Source: a phage. Taken from it: a DNA stretch of 64,000 nt. A program made the translations under genes and the position numbers. Positions 48,222 through 58,354 of this stretch are shown piece after piece (position 1 is the stretch's first letter; every line of letters begins with the position of its first letter). Below the pieces are notes generated by a model, which saw only the letters and a list, made by a program, of their open reading frames with translations, made no database searches and was not told where the DNA came from. Where the stretch lies: sequence record PZ019084.1; one strand, written 5' to 3'.

Positions 48222-48515
48222 TCAGCTGTAACGATAGCACTCGTTTGATTTACGCTTAGCAACTCGTTGAGAAGTATTGTAATCAAAATCATCGTCAATG
48301 TAAACTGATTTTTTCAACTTTCTTACTTCACCACGCAATTGACGATTTAGCTCATCTTTAACTTCTGAATCAATGCCTTTCATTCTACGCCATTTATCAG
48401 AGCGAAAAATGTTTTCAACCATATCTTTATGACTTACACCATCAGGAGCTTTACGCTTTCCGAAATAGTCATAATCACGAACTTTCAAGTCTTTACGACG
48501 ATACGTTTTACCCAT
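48222..48515 (-). CDS. hypothetical basic protein (~97 aa)
   Basis: start set at ATG 48515 (MGKTYRRKDLK...) with SD aaggaaa. Confidence 0.45.
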   Translation of the reverse strand: MGKTYRRKDLKVRDYDYFGKRKAPDGVSHKDMVENIFRSDKWRRMKGIDSEVKDELNRQLRGEVRKLKKSVYIDDDFDYNTSQRVAKRKSNECYRYS

Positions 48516-48690
48516 GGAGTTTAATTTCCTTAGCAACTGAACTAAATACAGCACGATCGCAAATCATCTGTTTATGTAACTTGAGTATAAGATAATAAAC
48601 TTCAAAACCGTTTACATAAGTAACACGAACAACATTACCATTAATAAAATAATATTGTCCCTTTTTAATTTCTTTATCAACCACAACCAT
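48508..48690 (-). CDS. hypothetical protein
   Basis: 60 aa; SD gagga and early promoter upstream. Confidence 0.45.
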   Translation of the reverse strand: MVVVDKEIKKGQYYFINGNVVRVTYVNGFEVYYLILKLHKQMICDRAVFSSVAKEIKLHG

Positions 48691-48718
48691 ATCAAATCCT
48701 CAAAGGCAATTCATGTGT

Positions 48719-48751
48719 TAATAATACCACAGTTTGAACTTCTTGTAAACA
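48719..48751 (-). promoter_or_regulatory. T4-type early promoter
   Basis: minus strand GTTTAC (plus 48745-48750), 18-nt spacer, TATTAT. Confidence 0.5.
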
Positions 48752-48824
48752 ACTTTGTGAAAATTATTTTAGGGAATGATAAGAAGGGAACGATAGCTTA
48801 GAATGGTAATATACAGAATGTGAG

Positions 48825-48846
48825 AAAGAAAGGCCCAGAGGGCCCG
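48825..48846 (-). terminator. GC hairpin after redoxin gene stop
   Basis: ggcccagagggcc stem-loop with A-rich plus-strand flank. Confidence 0.35.
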
Positions 48847-48848
48847 TC

Positions 48849-49157
48849 TTAGTCTTCTATGATATCTCTATCATATCCAAGTGAAATGAGAGTTTCTTTG
48901 AAGTGTTTAATGTTCTTTTGTCTAGAATCATTGATGAAAATGACTGGATAACGAATGTTAAGAGATGTGAATCCAGCGCGTTTAGCAAGAGATACAATCA
49001 GTGGACGATCATACTCAATCTTACCATTATTTGTAAGAACTTTATAGAAAGTAAAAGGAGCATTGAGCTCCTTTAGAAGTTTTGTAACTGATTGACATCC
49101 AGGACAACGACCTACTTCATCTGGAATTCCATAGACTTCAATCTTGTTTTGTTTCAC
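48849..49157 (-). CDS. glutaredoxin/thioredoxin-like redoxin (NrdH position)
   Basis: 102 aa with CPGC redox motif; position between 55 and nrdG. Confidence 0.55.
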   Translation of the reverse strand: MKQNKIEVYGIPDEVGRCPGCQSVTKLLKELNAPFTFYKVLTNNGKIEYDRPLIVSLAKRAGFTSLNIRYPVIFINDSRQKNIKHFKETLISLGYDRDIIED

Positions 49158-49159
49158 AA

Positions 49160-49372
49160 CTATTCCTTACTAAGAGCAGCATTCAGCTTGTTAGTAATTT
49201 TATCCAGACGCTCATTGAACTCGCTAGAAGATAGTCCTTTTTCTGGAGAAATTAAGCTAATCACGAAAAATATAGCAATAAAAGGAATAAGGAAAATAGC
49301 TCCAACTGCCATAAACAAAAAGAATGTTACAGTTGTAAGAAAATCAGCTAAACCTTTACGAAATTTATACAT
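49160..49372 (-). CDS. small membrane protein
   Basis: 70 aa with two hydrophobic helices. Confidence 0.5.
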   Translation of the reverse strand: MYKFRKGLADFLTTVTFFLFMAVGAIFLIPFIAIFFVISLISPEKGLSSSEFNERLDKITNKLNAALSKE

Positions 49373-49487
49373 ATTTTACCCTTAATTGATTAACCAAGCA
49401 TTGATAAGCACTAAACTATATTGCGAATAAAATTCTGGACCAAAATGAAAAATCATATCATTTATAGTGTCCATAATATAATTCAAT

Positions 49488-49958
49488 TTAATCATGTTTC
49501 CACACCCCATCGGTATTTGACCAAAGTCGCTGATTATCTGATCCTCGCCACAGCTTTTTAGTCGGAAGATTTTTCTCATACTTCCCATCAATAATAACAT
49601 CAACATATTTAAGCATTTCTAGTTGTTTAATATCTTCAAACTTGTATCCTGTCCACAACCAAATGCTTTTATTTGGATAAAGATTTTTTACCGTTTGAAC
49701 AATACAATGAACAACATCCCGGTTATCAGGATAAAGAGGGTCTCCTCCAGTTATAGTTAATCCTTCTATATAATCATTATTCAAACATTCAATTAATTGT
49801 TCTAGTGTTTCACCAGTGAATGGAACGCCATTTCTAGCATTCCATGTTGATTTATTATAACATCCTTCACATTTATGCAAACACCCCGTAACGAAAAGAA
49901 CGACCCTGCATCCAGGGCCATTCACAAAATCACAGGGATAAAATCTATCGTAATTCAT
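49488..49958 (-). CDS. nrdG: anaerobic ribonucleotide reductase activating protein (radical SAM)
   Basis: 156 aa; CxxxCxxC cluster (CLHKCEGC); coupled to nrdD. Confidence 0.85.
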   Translation of the reverse strand: MNYDRFYPCDFVNGPGCRVVLFVTGCLHKCEGCYNKSTWNARNGVPFTGETLEQLIECLNNDYIEGLTITGGDPLYPDNRDVVHCIVQTVKNLYPNKSIWLWTGYKFEDIKQLEMLKYVDVIIDGKYEKNLPTKKLWRGSDNQRLWSNTDGVWKHD

Positions 49959-51772
49959 TGGTGTTTAACCCTATGCATGATTTCTTTATTTTTGCCGAGA
50001 TTAAATCCACGTTCATTCGGATTTCCCAAATAACCACAAGTTCTTCTTATTGTGTTCATCTTTTTAGGATCAGTTTCTCCACAAATAGAACAAACAAACC
50101 CGTTTTCAGTAGGAGTCATTTCATGAGTACTTCCGCATGTAAAACATTTATCTACTGGCATATTAACACCAAAATAATCTAAATGTTGTGCAGCATAATC
50201 CCAGACAGCCTCAAGACCTTTTAGGTTATTTTTCATATCAGGAAGTTCAACATAAGAAATGTGACCACCTGTCGCAATGAAATGATATGGGGCTTCGCGA
50301 GAAATCTTTTCAAACGGGGTGATATTTTCTTCTACTGAAACGTGGAAACTGTTAGTGTACCAGCCTTTATCAGTAACATCCTTTACACTTCCATATTTCT
50401 CAGTATCAAGTTTACAGAAGCGATAGCACAGGTTTTCAGCAGGAGTAGAATACAAGCTAAAAGCAAAACCGGTTCTTTCAGTCCACTGCTTAAGACGAGC
50501 ATTCATTTTAGTTAAAATTTCCTGTCCAATATCACGACCGACAAGAATATTCAATTCGTGAATACCAATGTATCCTAGGGACACTGAACTTCTACCATTT
50601 TTAAATAACTCAATTATGTCATCATCAGGTTTAAGACGAACCCCGAATGCACCTTCTTGGTAAAGAATAGGAGCAACAGTCGCTTTAACTCCTTTTAAGG
50701 AACTAATTCTACACATCAAAGCTTCAAAACACAAATCCATTCGTTCATTGAACAATTCGGCAAATTTCTGTTCATTGAATTGTGTTCCAATATAAGAATC
50801 TAACGCAATACGAGGAAGATTCAGTGTTACAACACCAAGATTATTACGTCCATCAAGAATTTCATTACCAGTCGAATCTTTCCATACGCTCAAGAAACTG
50901 CGGCAACCCATTGGAGAAACAGGAATAGATGAACCTGTGATAGCTTTATTATTCTTAACTGAAATAATATCAGGATACATTCTTTTGCTTGCGCATTCTA
51001 GAGCAAGCTGCTTAATATCATAGTTCGGATCGTCTTTATAAAGATTGACACCCTCTTCAATGAACATAACAAGTTTAGGGAAAATAGGAGTTATCCCATC
51101 ACGACCAAGACCTTTAATACGATTTTTCAGAATTGCCTTCTGAATCATTCGTTCAGTCCAGTCAGTTCCCGTGCCAAACGTAATTGTTACAAAAGGCGTT
51201 TGTCCGTTTGAACTAAAGAGAGTATTTACTTCATATTCATAAGCTTGGAATGCATCGTATACGTCTTTTTCTGTTTTAGATTGGGCATAATTCAAAGCAT
51301 CAGCGATTTGCCATTTTTCTGCATCCTCAATATGTTTTGCATAGGTGCGTTTAACATAAGGAGAAAGTACTTTATCTACATTAGCAAAAGTCGTTCCGCC
51401 ATACTGATGTGAAGCAACCTGTGCGGTAATTTGTGCCATAATTGCAGTAGCAACACCAATCGATTTAGGCGTTTCAATTTGAGCATTACCTAGCTTAAAT
51501 CCTTTTTCAAGCATTCCTTTTAAATCTACTAAACAGCAATTAGTAAATGGAAGAGCAGGGGAATAATCAATATCATGAAAATGGATAATTCCGCTTTCAT
51601 GTGCTTTCATAATAAAAGACGGGACCATATTTTTGGCAATGTGCTTAGACACAATACCAGCCATAAGGTCCCGTTGAGTTGGAAAAACACGAGAATCTTT
51701 ATTAGCATTCTCGTTTAAAAGGTCTTTATTAGTTTTATGAATCAATCCTTCAATTTCTTTTTCAATTGTCAT
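49955..51772 (-). CDS. nrdD: anaerobic ribonucleoside-triphosphate reductase
   Basis: 605 aa continuous ORF; C-terminal glycyl-radical region and CxxC zinc site. Confidence 0.9.
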   Translation of the reverse strand: MTIEKEIEGLIHKTNKDLLNENANKDSRVFPTQRDLMAGIVSKHIAKNMVPSFIMKAHESGIIHFHDIDYSPALPFTNCCLVDLKGMLEKGFKLGNAQIETPKSIGVATAIMAQITAQVASHQYGGTTFANVDKVLSPYVKRTYAKHIEDAEKWQIADALNYAQSKTEKDVYDAFQAYEYEVNTLFSSNGQTPFVTITFGTGTDWTERMIQKAILKNRIKGLGRDGITPIFPKLVMFIEEGVNLYKDDPNYDIKQLALECASKRMYPDIISVKNNKAITGSSIPVSPMGCRSFLSVWKDSTGNEILDGRNNLGVVTLNLPRIALDSYIGTQFNEQKFAELFNERMDLCFEALMCRISSLKGVKATVAPILYQEGAFGVRLKPDDDIIELFKNGRSSVSLGYIGIHELNILVGRDIGQEILTKMNARLKQWTERTGFAFSLYSTPAENLCYRFCKLDTEKYGSVKDVTDKGWYTNSFHVSVEENITPFEKISREAPYHFIATGGHISYVELPDMKNNLKGLEAVWDYAAQHLDYFGVNMPVDKCFTCGSTHEMTPTENGFVCSICGETDPKKMNTIRRTCGYLGNPNERGFNLGKNKEIMHRVKHQ

Positions 51773-52242
51773 TTTAAACTCTTTCTAAGCTGCTTCTTAA
51801 ATGAAGCTATTAATTGTGTTTTGGTGTCAGATTCATTATATTCAAATCCTCTTTGAAGCATCTCAGCCATCATTTCCTCTTTTCCTAAACGAGAAAATTC
51901 CTTTGATTTATCTCCAACGAAGTTAGGGTGAATATTATTTTGGGTGTAATCGGATTTTAAATAAGTAAGTAAATTTTCTAACCATTCAAGATAATCAACG
52001 CCTTGTCCCTTTAAGCCAGAACGATTAAATTTGTGCTTCATTTGACCTTCTGCAGCATTACACAGATTACATAGCAACCCACGTACCTTTCCTGCTTTTG
52101 GTCCATTTAATTCATGGTCATGGTCAAGGTGATTAGCTTGAACATCAGGATTTAGTTCTCGTTGGCAAATTAAGCATTTACCGTTTTGTGCATTATAAAA
52201 TTTCTGTTTTTCTTCTTTGTATAATTTGCCAGTCAATAACAT
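51769..52242 (-). CDS. 49: endonuclease VII (Holliday junction resolvase/packaging)
   Basis: 157 aa starting MLLTGKLYKEEKQKFY with CxxC...HxxxH...CxxC; same length as T4 gp49. Confidence 0.85.
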   Translation of the reverse strand: MLLTGKLYKEEKQKFYNAQNGKCLICQRELNPDVQANHLDHDHELNGPKAGKVRGLLCNLCNAAEGQMKHKFNRSGLKGQGVDYLEWLENLLTYLKSDYTQNNIHPNFVGDKSKEFSRLGKEEMMAEMLQRGFEYNESDTKTQLIASFKKQLRKSLK

Positions 52243-52291
52243 AATAAAACCCTTACCTTGAATAGATAAGGGTATTTATTATTTTCAAGTA

Positions 52292-52756
52292 TTAAAATGC
52301 TCGGCCAGAAAAAGAATTTTGAGTTTCAAGCCATTCAATATATTCTGCTGCAGCTTGCATTAAATTTCCTTCATAGCCATCGTTATTTTCTTGTGCAGCT
52401 AATTTAGCTAATGCATATGAAATACGTTCACCTTGAAAAGCGGCTTTAGGTTTATGAATAGCTTGATCAACTCGTTCTACAACTTCTTCAATCTCGCCAT
52501 TTTCTACTGATTCAGTATTCCACAAGCACCAATACGTAATTGGCTTATCATAGATGTTAATAACCTTTCCGTCAGAAAGTTCAATTTCAATAATTCCAGT
52601 ATCAGGTTCTATATCATCTTCGCATTCTTTTGCAAGTTCACGAACTTTAAAGACAGTACCTGCACTAAGTTCCGGCCAGTAATTACACAGCCCTTTATCA
52701 GCACGATTAATTCTAAACCACTTATCTACTGTAATCATGTCCCATCTCCATATCAA
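52292..52756 (-). CDS. hypothetical protein (pin position)
   Basis: 154-aa ORF downstream of gene 49. Confidence 0.45.
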   Translation of the reverse strand: MIWRWDMITVDKWFRINRADKGLCNYWPELSAGTVFKVRELAKECEDDIEPDTGIIEIELSDGKVINIYDKPITYWCLWNTESVENGEIEEVVERVDQAIHKPKAAFQGERISYALAKLAAQENNDGYEGNLMQAAAEYIEWLETQNSFSGRAF

Positions 52757-52861
52757 TTAAGTCATTTATTGTTGGTTCATTATATACTGTTTCTTCATCA
52801 GTGTAAACCGGTTCTTCCGGCTCTGGCTCTACTGTTTCCCATCTAGCCGCCCACCAAGGTT

Positions 52862-53182
52862 TTATAGCGTAATCCATTCTCGTATTGTCTGAGTTACTAC
52901 ACGTTCACGGGGCTCGACTAGTTCAACAGTCGGAACTGCATAATACCAGTCAGAATGGTAAGAACCTGAGCGAGATTCATTTACAGACACATGAACGTTA
53001 TGTTTTGGACTAAAATAAACGCACTGCCGATATTGGCATTTGCCATCTTGTACCCAATCTTCTATTTCGACAGGTTTAAGATAATCCGAAAAATCGAAAT
53101 CATAATTTTCTGAAAATGCATCATGGTCTTCGATGATTTCACTCAGAACTGCATCAACATCTAATTTATTTTCAATAGTCAT
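52862..53182 (-). CDS. hypothetical protein
   Basis: 106-aa ORF. Confidence 0.5.
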   Translation of the reverse strand: MTIENKLDVDAVLSEIIEDHDAFSENYDFDFSDYLKPVEIEDWVQDGKCQYRQCVYFSPKHNVHVSVNESRSGSYHSDWYYAVPTVELVEPRERVVTQTIREWITL

Positions 53183-53192
53183 TTGTCACCAA

Positions 53193-53402
53193 TTAATTTC
53201 GCAATTTATTAAGTTCTTCATAATCAATCCAGGATTCTAATCCTGATGGCAAATCAGATTCAATTTCCCAAAGAAGTTCTTCAATTTTCTGAAGACGATC
53301 TAATTCTTCGGCAGGAATAGTAACCATTGACGGAGTTCTTGATACACTAATATCGTAAATCATATTTACCCCAGTTTGACCATGCAATCGCCATATTTCC
53401 AT
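53193..53402 (-). CDS. hypothetical protein
   Basis: 69-aa ORF. Confidence 0.45.
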   Translation of the reverse strand: MEIWRLHGQTGVNMIYDISVSRTPSMVTIPAEELDRLQKIEELLWEIESDLPSGLESWIDYEELNKLRN

Positions 53403-53581
53403 TTAGAAATAGACTTTTCACCGTTAGAATAATAAACTTCGAGTTTAGCACGATTATTTTTAATTTGAATAACCTTGGCTGTCATCAAAGTTCCATACCC
53501 GTAATAAACTGCAACCTCATCACCTACATATACCGCGCTTCCGCGGTAGTCATGGATATAATCAGTTCCTTCGAGCATCAT
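53366..53581 (-). CDS. hypothetical protein
   Basis: 71-aa ORF. Confidence 0.45.
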   Translation of the reverse strand: MMLEGTDYIHDYRGSAVYVGDEVAVYYGYGTLMTAKVIQIKNNRAKLEVYYSNGEKSISKWKYGDCMVKLG

Positions 53582-53841
53582 TTAAAGTATTCCCGCAATT
53601 GGTCAAATCCACCAATATGACTTCCATCAGGAGCAAATACTTGTGGCATTGTCAAACCAATTTGAGTATCACGACCTAGTTTAGTCAGAAGCTCAGCGAT
53701 TTTCTCATCATCAAAAACACCTTTTTCTGGCATAATGTTGATAAATTCAAATGGCTGTTTCTTCACAGTCAAGAGACGTTTTGCATTATCGCAATACACA
53801 CATTTATGGATGTTGCTATCATAACCATATACTTTAAACAT
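53578..53841 (-). CDS. nrdC: thioredoxin/glutaredoxin NrdC
   Basis: 87 aa starting MFKVYGYDSNIHKCVYCDNAKRLL with CVYC motif, matching T4 nrdC. Confidence 0.85.
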   Translation of the reverse strand: MFKVYGYDSNIHKCVYCDNAKRLLTVKKQPFEFINIMPEKGVFDDEKIAELLTKLGRDTQIGLTMPQVFAPDGSHIGGFDQLREYFK

Positions 53842-53842
53842 A

Positions 53843-54085
53843 TTATTCCTTAATTCCTAGTACTTGTTTAAAAGTCTCGTCGTAATCAAGACTTTGACCT
53901 GTTTGTTCTTTATGTTTGTATATAATATCACTTACTTCTGATAGCATATTTTTATATGAACGAGTTAAAGCAGATTTAAGCACGCTGTATCTATCAGGAA
54001 ATTTACCATGTTCATTATAATACGCTATTGCTAATTCACGGACTGCCCTTTCAGCAGTCTCCATATATTCTTTACGCTTTGTCAT
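53843..54085 (-). CDS. hypothetical protein
   Basis: 80-aa ORF. Confidence 0.5.
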   Translation of the reverse strand: MTKRKEYMETAERAVRELAIAYYNEHGKFPDRYSVLKSALTRSYKNMLSEVSDIIYKHKEQTGQSLDYDETFKQVLGIKE

Positions 54086-54368
54086 TTTCTTCTCGGTTAA
54101 ATCGGTGTTTGCAATGACGGCATTTATAACGAAGATTACTAGTCTGCCAATGGACTAATTGAACCTGTTCAGTACCGCATTCAGGACAATTAGGAACGTT
54201 TTTAGAAGCCCTTTCGCGACGTTCAACCATAGCCATAATGGCATCCCAAGCTGGAGGTTTAAAATCTAAATCGTCAGTAACTAGCAGTCCTTTATCAAAC
54301 CCAGCGCATGGAGTCCATTCAGGAAAATCTGAAGCTTCGGCAATATCTTCTAATAGACGCTTTTTCAT
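54072..54368 (-). CDS. zinc-ribbon protein
   Basis: 98 aa with CPEC...CRHC pair. Confidence 0.5.
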   Translation of the reverse strand: MKKRLLEDIAEASDFPEWTPCAGFDKGLLVTDDLDFKPPAWDAIMAMVERRERASKNVPNCPECGTEQVQLVHWQTSNLRYKCRHCKHRFNREENDKA

Positions 54369-55294
54369 TTCAATACCTCAATAGCATTACGTAAACCATT
54401 TGCTTTTGCATTAAGAGCTTTTAACAATTTAGTGTGTTCGGCAATCTGGGCTTCAACTTCAATCAAACGAGCATTGAGATATTCGCGTTCTTCGCTCAGG
54501 CTATCAACCTTTTCTACTTTAGGTTCTTTTACAATTGGCTTGTATGTATTAGGGTTCTTCAGTTTAATTAGAATGCGTGAGCTGTATAACATTGAACCAT
54601 TATCTTCGGTTTCGTCATACATTTCTACTACGTCCATGATTTTTAACATCATGCGGAGTTTATAAGACAACGAACGAATAGTTTTGTTGTGCTTATTAAT
54701 TTCTCTAGCTGTCATGGTGCCGAGATTACGTGAGTAATAATAAGGAACCTGGATATTAATTAATACTGATGAACCACCTGGCTTGTGTGTTACTTCATCA
54801 GCAATAACCCAGTCCTTAACATGAACTGTATTTGTACGGTCATCACCCGCGGTAAACAGTTTGCGAGCATGCTTAAAAAGCATATTCACTTGGTCATTGA
54901 ATTGACAAGCAAATTTATCAGCAAATTTAGTTTCAGGAATGGTAGATAACCAATCAGCCAAATGGGTCTTTTTAACATCGTTAACAATAGTAAATTCAAC
55001 CAAATCGGTTATAGATGTCGCAGATTTAATGAAGCTCGGCTTCATAAAGTTTTTAATGTTATCACTAGCTACAGTAGAAGATAACAGACGAGAACGTTTA
55101 AACCATTGAAGCAAATTGCCTAACGAATGAGAATAAGCGTTTTGAGTATCTTTACAGATATGATTTTCCTGGCCAACATATTGAAGGAAATCACGAAGAA
55201 TATTATTGATTATTGCTCTGTGCCCAATCTGATAATTACGATGTTTAGTAATAAGACTGTCAAAATAATCAATATAATGTTTACGAGTTTTCAT
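54365..55294 (-). CDS. hypothetical protein, member A of tandem paralog family with coiled-coil C-terminus
   Basis: 309 aa; N-terminus MKTRKHYIDYFDS resembles the next two ORFs; C-terminal heptad-like region. Confidence 0.55.
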   Translation of the reverse strand: MKTRKHYIDYFDSLITKHRNYQIGHRAIINNILRDFLQYVGQENHICKDTQNAYSHSLGNLLQWFKRSRLLSSTVASDNIKNFMKPSFIKSATSITDLVEFTIVNDVKKTHLADWLSTIPETKFADKFACQFNDQVNMLFKHARKLFTAGDDRTNTVHVKDWVIADEVTHKPGGSSVLINIQVPYYYSRNLGTMTAREINKHNKTIRSLSYKLRMMLKIMDVVEMYDETEDNGSMLYSSRILIKLKNPNTYKPIVKEPKVEKVDSLSEEREYLNARLIEVEAQIAEHTKLLKALNAKANGLRNAIEVLK

Positions 55295-55346
55295 GTTCTT
55301 CTCACTTGGTTAATGATTTATACTCCGAGCCATCCTTGGCTTTAAA

Positions 55347-56348
55347 TTACTTAATTAACTGTAAAGCTTGTTCAAGACGATCCAGACGATTAACAGATTC
55401 TTCCCAAATCCTTTTAGCCTGCTCATATTCTTTCTGCGCTTTATTAGAAATTTCTAGAGCTTCTTTATAAGCTTTTTCTAGTGCAATAACTTCTGGACGA
55501 ATTTCTACATGTTCAGGCGAATCATCAAGATTATCCATTAGTTCCTCAAGTGTAATTTCTTCTTTAGGAGTATTCACAATTTCATCACATTTTTGTTGGT
55601 AAATTTCTTTATCAGTCGGTAAATAAGCACATTTCACTTCACGAAGACTAACTACAATTTTATATCCTTCCCAACCGCATATATTCTTAAAAGGATACGT
55701 ATGAATATTTTCTACTGTTTCCATACAAAGTAATGCGGTTTCTAATTGACGAGTTATAGTGCTAGCAATTGAGAAAAATTTATTAATGTTCTTTTGGTTA
55801 GTTTCTGGTGTAAAAAATCCATAATTCACAAAAATAGATACTTTATTTTTATCAAGTTCATATTCTTTTATGATAATCATATCAGAAGCCAAAGGATGAA
55901 TTTGACGATAATCGCCATAACATAATTTAGAAGCTGATTTTAGAATCTGTCCTTTGAAAAGTCTGAAATTACTAATCCAACGACGAGTAAAAATATTCTC
56001 AGGGTCTTCTTTATTATTAAGATGATAAGAATTAACATCACCGAACCAATTATATCCTACTACATCTTTGGTTCGTTTAATTTCTTTCCCAAAATTACCA
56101 AGAATATCCCGATTAACCAAATATGAAAGAAGACGAGACTCTTTAAAGGTTTTCTTGATAACATCTTTATCTACACGGCTAGAAATTTTACGAATTTCAT
56201 GAATAAATTTAGTAGAAGAAACAATACCTGCATCAACACTATTGAGCCATTGATTGATAATAGAAATAACGCTATTTTGACCAAACATCGGTATAGCTTT
56301 ATCATCAATAACGCTGTTGAATGATTTGATATATTCGTTACGAGTCAT
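55347..56348 (-). CDS. hypothetical protein, member B of tandem paralog family
   Basis: start set at ATG 56348 (MTRNEYIKSFNS...) with SD gaggaga and early promoter; C-terminal coiled coil. Confidence 0.55.
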   Translation of the reverse strand: MTRNEYIKSFNSVIDDKAIPMFGQNSVISIINQWLNSVDAGIVSSTKFIHEIRKISSRVDKDVIKKTFKESRLLSYLVNRDILGNFGKEIKRTKDVVGYNWFGDVNSYHLNNKEDPENIFTRRWISNFRLFKGQILKSASKLCYGDYRQIHPLASDMIIIKEYELDKNKVSIFVNYGFFTPETNQKNINKFFSIASTITRQLETALLCMETVENIHTYPFKNICGWEGYKIVVSLREVKCAYLPTDKEIYQQKCDEIVNTPKEEITLEELMDNLDDSPEHVEIRPEVIALEKAYKEALEISNKAQKEYEQAKRIWEESVNRLDRLEQALQLIK

Positions 56349-56376
56349 AATAATCTCCTCAGTAGAAAGTAAGAAC

Positions 56377-56406
56377 ATTATACCACATCCTTGTGGCGAA
56401 GTAAAC
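56377..56406 (-). promoter_or_regulatory. T4-type early promoter
   Basis: minus strand GTTTAC (plus 56401-56406), 18-nt spacer with ccacatccttgtgg inverted repeat, TATAAT. Confidence 0.55.
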
Positions 56407-57434
56407 TAGTTTAGTGCATTTAGTGCATTGTTTAGTTTAGAACGTTGCTTCGTGAGATTTTTGACTTTTTCTTGAGCTTTTTCTAGCATCTTTTCAGCTT
56501 CTAACACTTCATTAGTTGCTTTAACGAGTTCATCATCTACTGCCTTGATAGACTTCTCAATCGCATCGGCATGCCATTTTTCAACAGGTTTAAGACTCGG
56601 ATTTTCAACAGGAAGAAAATTCACTTTATTGAATTTCCATGCATCATTATTACCTGAACTATACATCCAAAATTTAGGATCGTTTGATGAGTAATTGGAT
56701 AAATTTAAATTTAAGTTATCTTGCACTTCTTGCTTTTTCTCTTGTGTAACTTCGTCCTTTCTCAAAAATTCATATTTAAATGAAACGATCATATCAAGTT
56801 CATACGTTGTTGTATGTTCCCAATTTCGCTCAAAACGAGGTAAAATCTTAGACTGAACTGCAGCAACAACATCCATATACTTAAATGCTTCTGTCAACTG
56901 CGATTTAAGGCATTCGCAAATTGAAAGAGAATTTTTTGTATTAGGTTTAAAGCTAATTCGTGCAGTTCTGTTATTTTCTTTTAATGGTCTTACTTCCATC
57001 TGAAGAGTATAACCATCAAATTTCAGATTCTTTAAGTTAATATCAGAACCTTTTAATCGACTCGCAGTTGATAAAATTTGCTTTAATTGTCTACGGAACA
57101 GAGCAATAAATCTCCATTCAATACGATAATGATTTGGATTGAAAAATCCAGATAATAAATCGACCTTACTTTGACCAACGCCTTGAACAAATAGAGGATT
57201 TTTATAATCAATAGTTTTACAGAAATCTGTGAGCTGCTCACGAGCCGTCATTTGTGTAATATACCCCGCTTTACTAAAATTACTCACCCATTCACTGCTA
57301 TTTAGATATTTAAAATGATGAATAGCACGATTAACTTTATCAGGGTCTAAATTATTTTGACACAAAAATGTCATAACATCACGAGTATAGCTGGCATTAC
57401 GAACCATATCTTCAATTTGAGAACGAGTTTTCAT
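56406..57434 (-). CDS. hypothetical protein, member C of tandem paralog family
   Basis: 342 aa; N-terminus MKTRSQIEDMVRN; C-terminal coiled coil. Confidence 0.55.
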   Translation of the reverse strand: MKTRSQIEDMVRNASYTRDVMTFLCQNNLDPDKVNRAIHHFKYLNSSEWVSNFSKAGYITQMTAREQLTDFCKTIDYKNPLFVQGVGQSKVDLLSGFFNPNHYRIEWRFIALFRRQLKQILSTASRLKGSDINLKNLKFDGYTLQMEVRPLKENNRTARISFKPNTKNSLSICECLKSQLTEAFKYMDVVAAVQSKILPRFERNWEHTTTYELDMIVSFKYEFLRKDEVTQEKKQEVQDNLNLNLSNYSSNDPKFWMYSSGNNDAWKFNKVNFLPVENPSLKPVEKWHADAIEKSIKAVDDELVKATNEVLEAEKMLEKAQEKVKNLTKQRSKLNNALNALN

Positions 57435-57442
57435 GGTGTTCC

Positions 57443-58354
57443 TTAAGATTTAAGTAAATCAACAATTTTAATTAACTTTTCACGCTCAGATTTAGCTTTA
57501 CTACTCAATCCAGATAGTCTGAAAATTTCATCGTCATATTGTTGAATAGAAATATTCAGCTCTTCAATCTGCTTATTAAAATAATCAATTTGTTCAGAAT
57601 GTTTTTCGTTACTACGAACTGGTACAGGTTTTGTAGGCAATGTAGTTGAACTGGATTCATCCGGGCGATAAATTAAAATACAGCTTGAACCAATAGGGCA
57701 TTTTTCACCAGATGAATATTCTAATGTTCCAGCTTCTTTTAAAACTTCAAAAGCTAAACAGAGATGATGACCCATATTAACATAATCTGTAGAGTGAGCT
57801 CTGATGTAATAATCATCTCCACGAATACTAAATTTAAAGCATTTAAGGTCTTCTGTATTATTGGTCTTAAAAATCATTTGTTTATCTAGACCTTTAGCTA
57901 ATCGAGCGCCTAATGCTAATAGTCGTCGTTGATTTTCCCACAAATCTGCGATCATTTGATCGAATGATAATTTTGGCATCAGTCGACCATAAAGGTCATA
58001 TCCTTTATTGTAATTACGAAGAATTTCACTCGCGTTAATACGAGACAATGCTCCAATTTTATTAAGGGCTTTCATAATGCGATTAGATAAACTCATTCCA
58101 GACCCATTTGTTCGCTGTAAATGTTTTTCTAATCCAAATCCAATATCAACTTTAAACTTATCTAAAATTTCTGCATGAACATCTCTGTCGATAACATTCA
58201 AATCCAAAGTTGAGTTAAATCTATGAAAAAATTTATCTGGCTCTCCACGACGAAGTACAGTCCATTCATTCATCATTTTTTTATTAACTAAAGATTTAAT
58301 TACTGCATTGACATTATTAATTACTACTGACATATTTTCCTCACTCAATTTCAA
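57443..58354 (-). CDS. hypothetical protein, member D (more divergent) with coiled-coil C-terminus
   Basis: 303-aa ORF contiguous with A-C. Confidence 0.5.
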   Translation of the reverse strand: MKLSEENMSVVINNVNAVIKSLVNKKMMNEWTVLRRGEPDKFFHRFNSTLDLNVIDRDVHAEILDKFKVDIGFGLEKHLQRTNGSGMSLSNRIMKALNKIGALSRINASEILRNYNKGYDLYGRLMPKLSFDQMIADLWENQRRLLALGARLAKGLDKQMIFKTNNTEDLKCFKFSIRGDDYYIRAHSTDYVNMGHHLCLAFEVLKEAGTLEYSSGEKCPIGSSCILIYRPDESSSTTLPTKPVPVRSNEKHSEQIDYFNKQIEELNISIQQYDDEIFRLSGLSSKAKSEREKLIKIVDLLKS

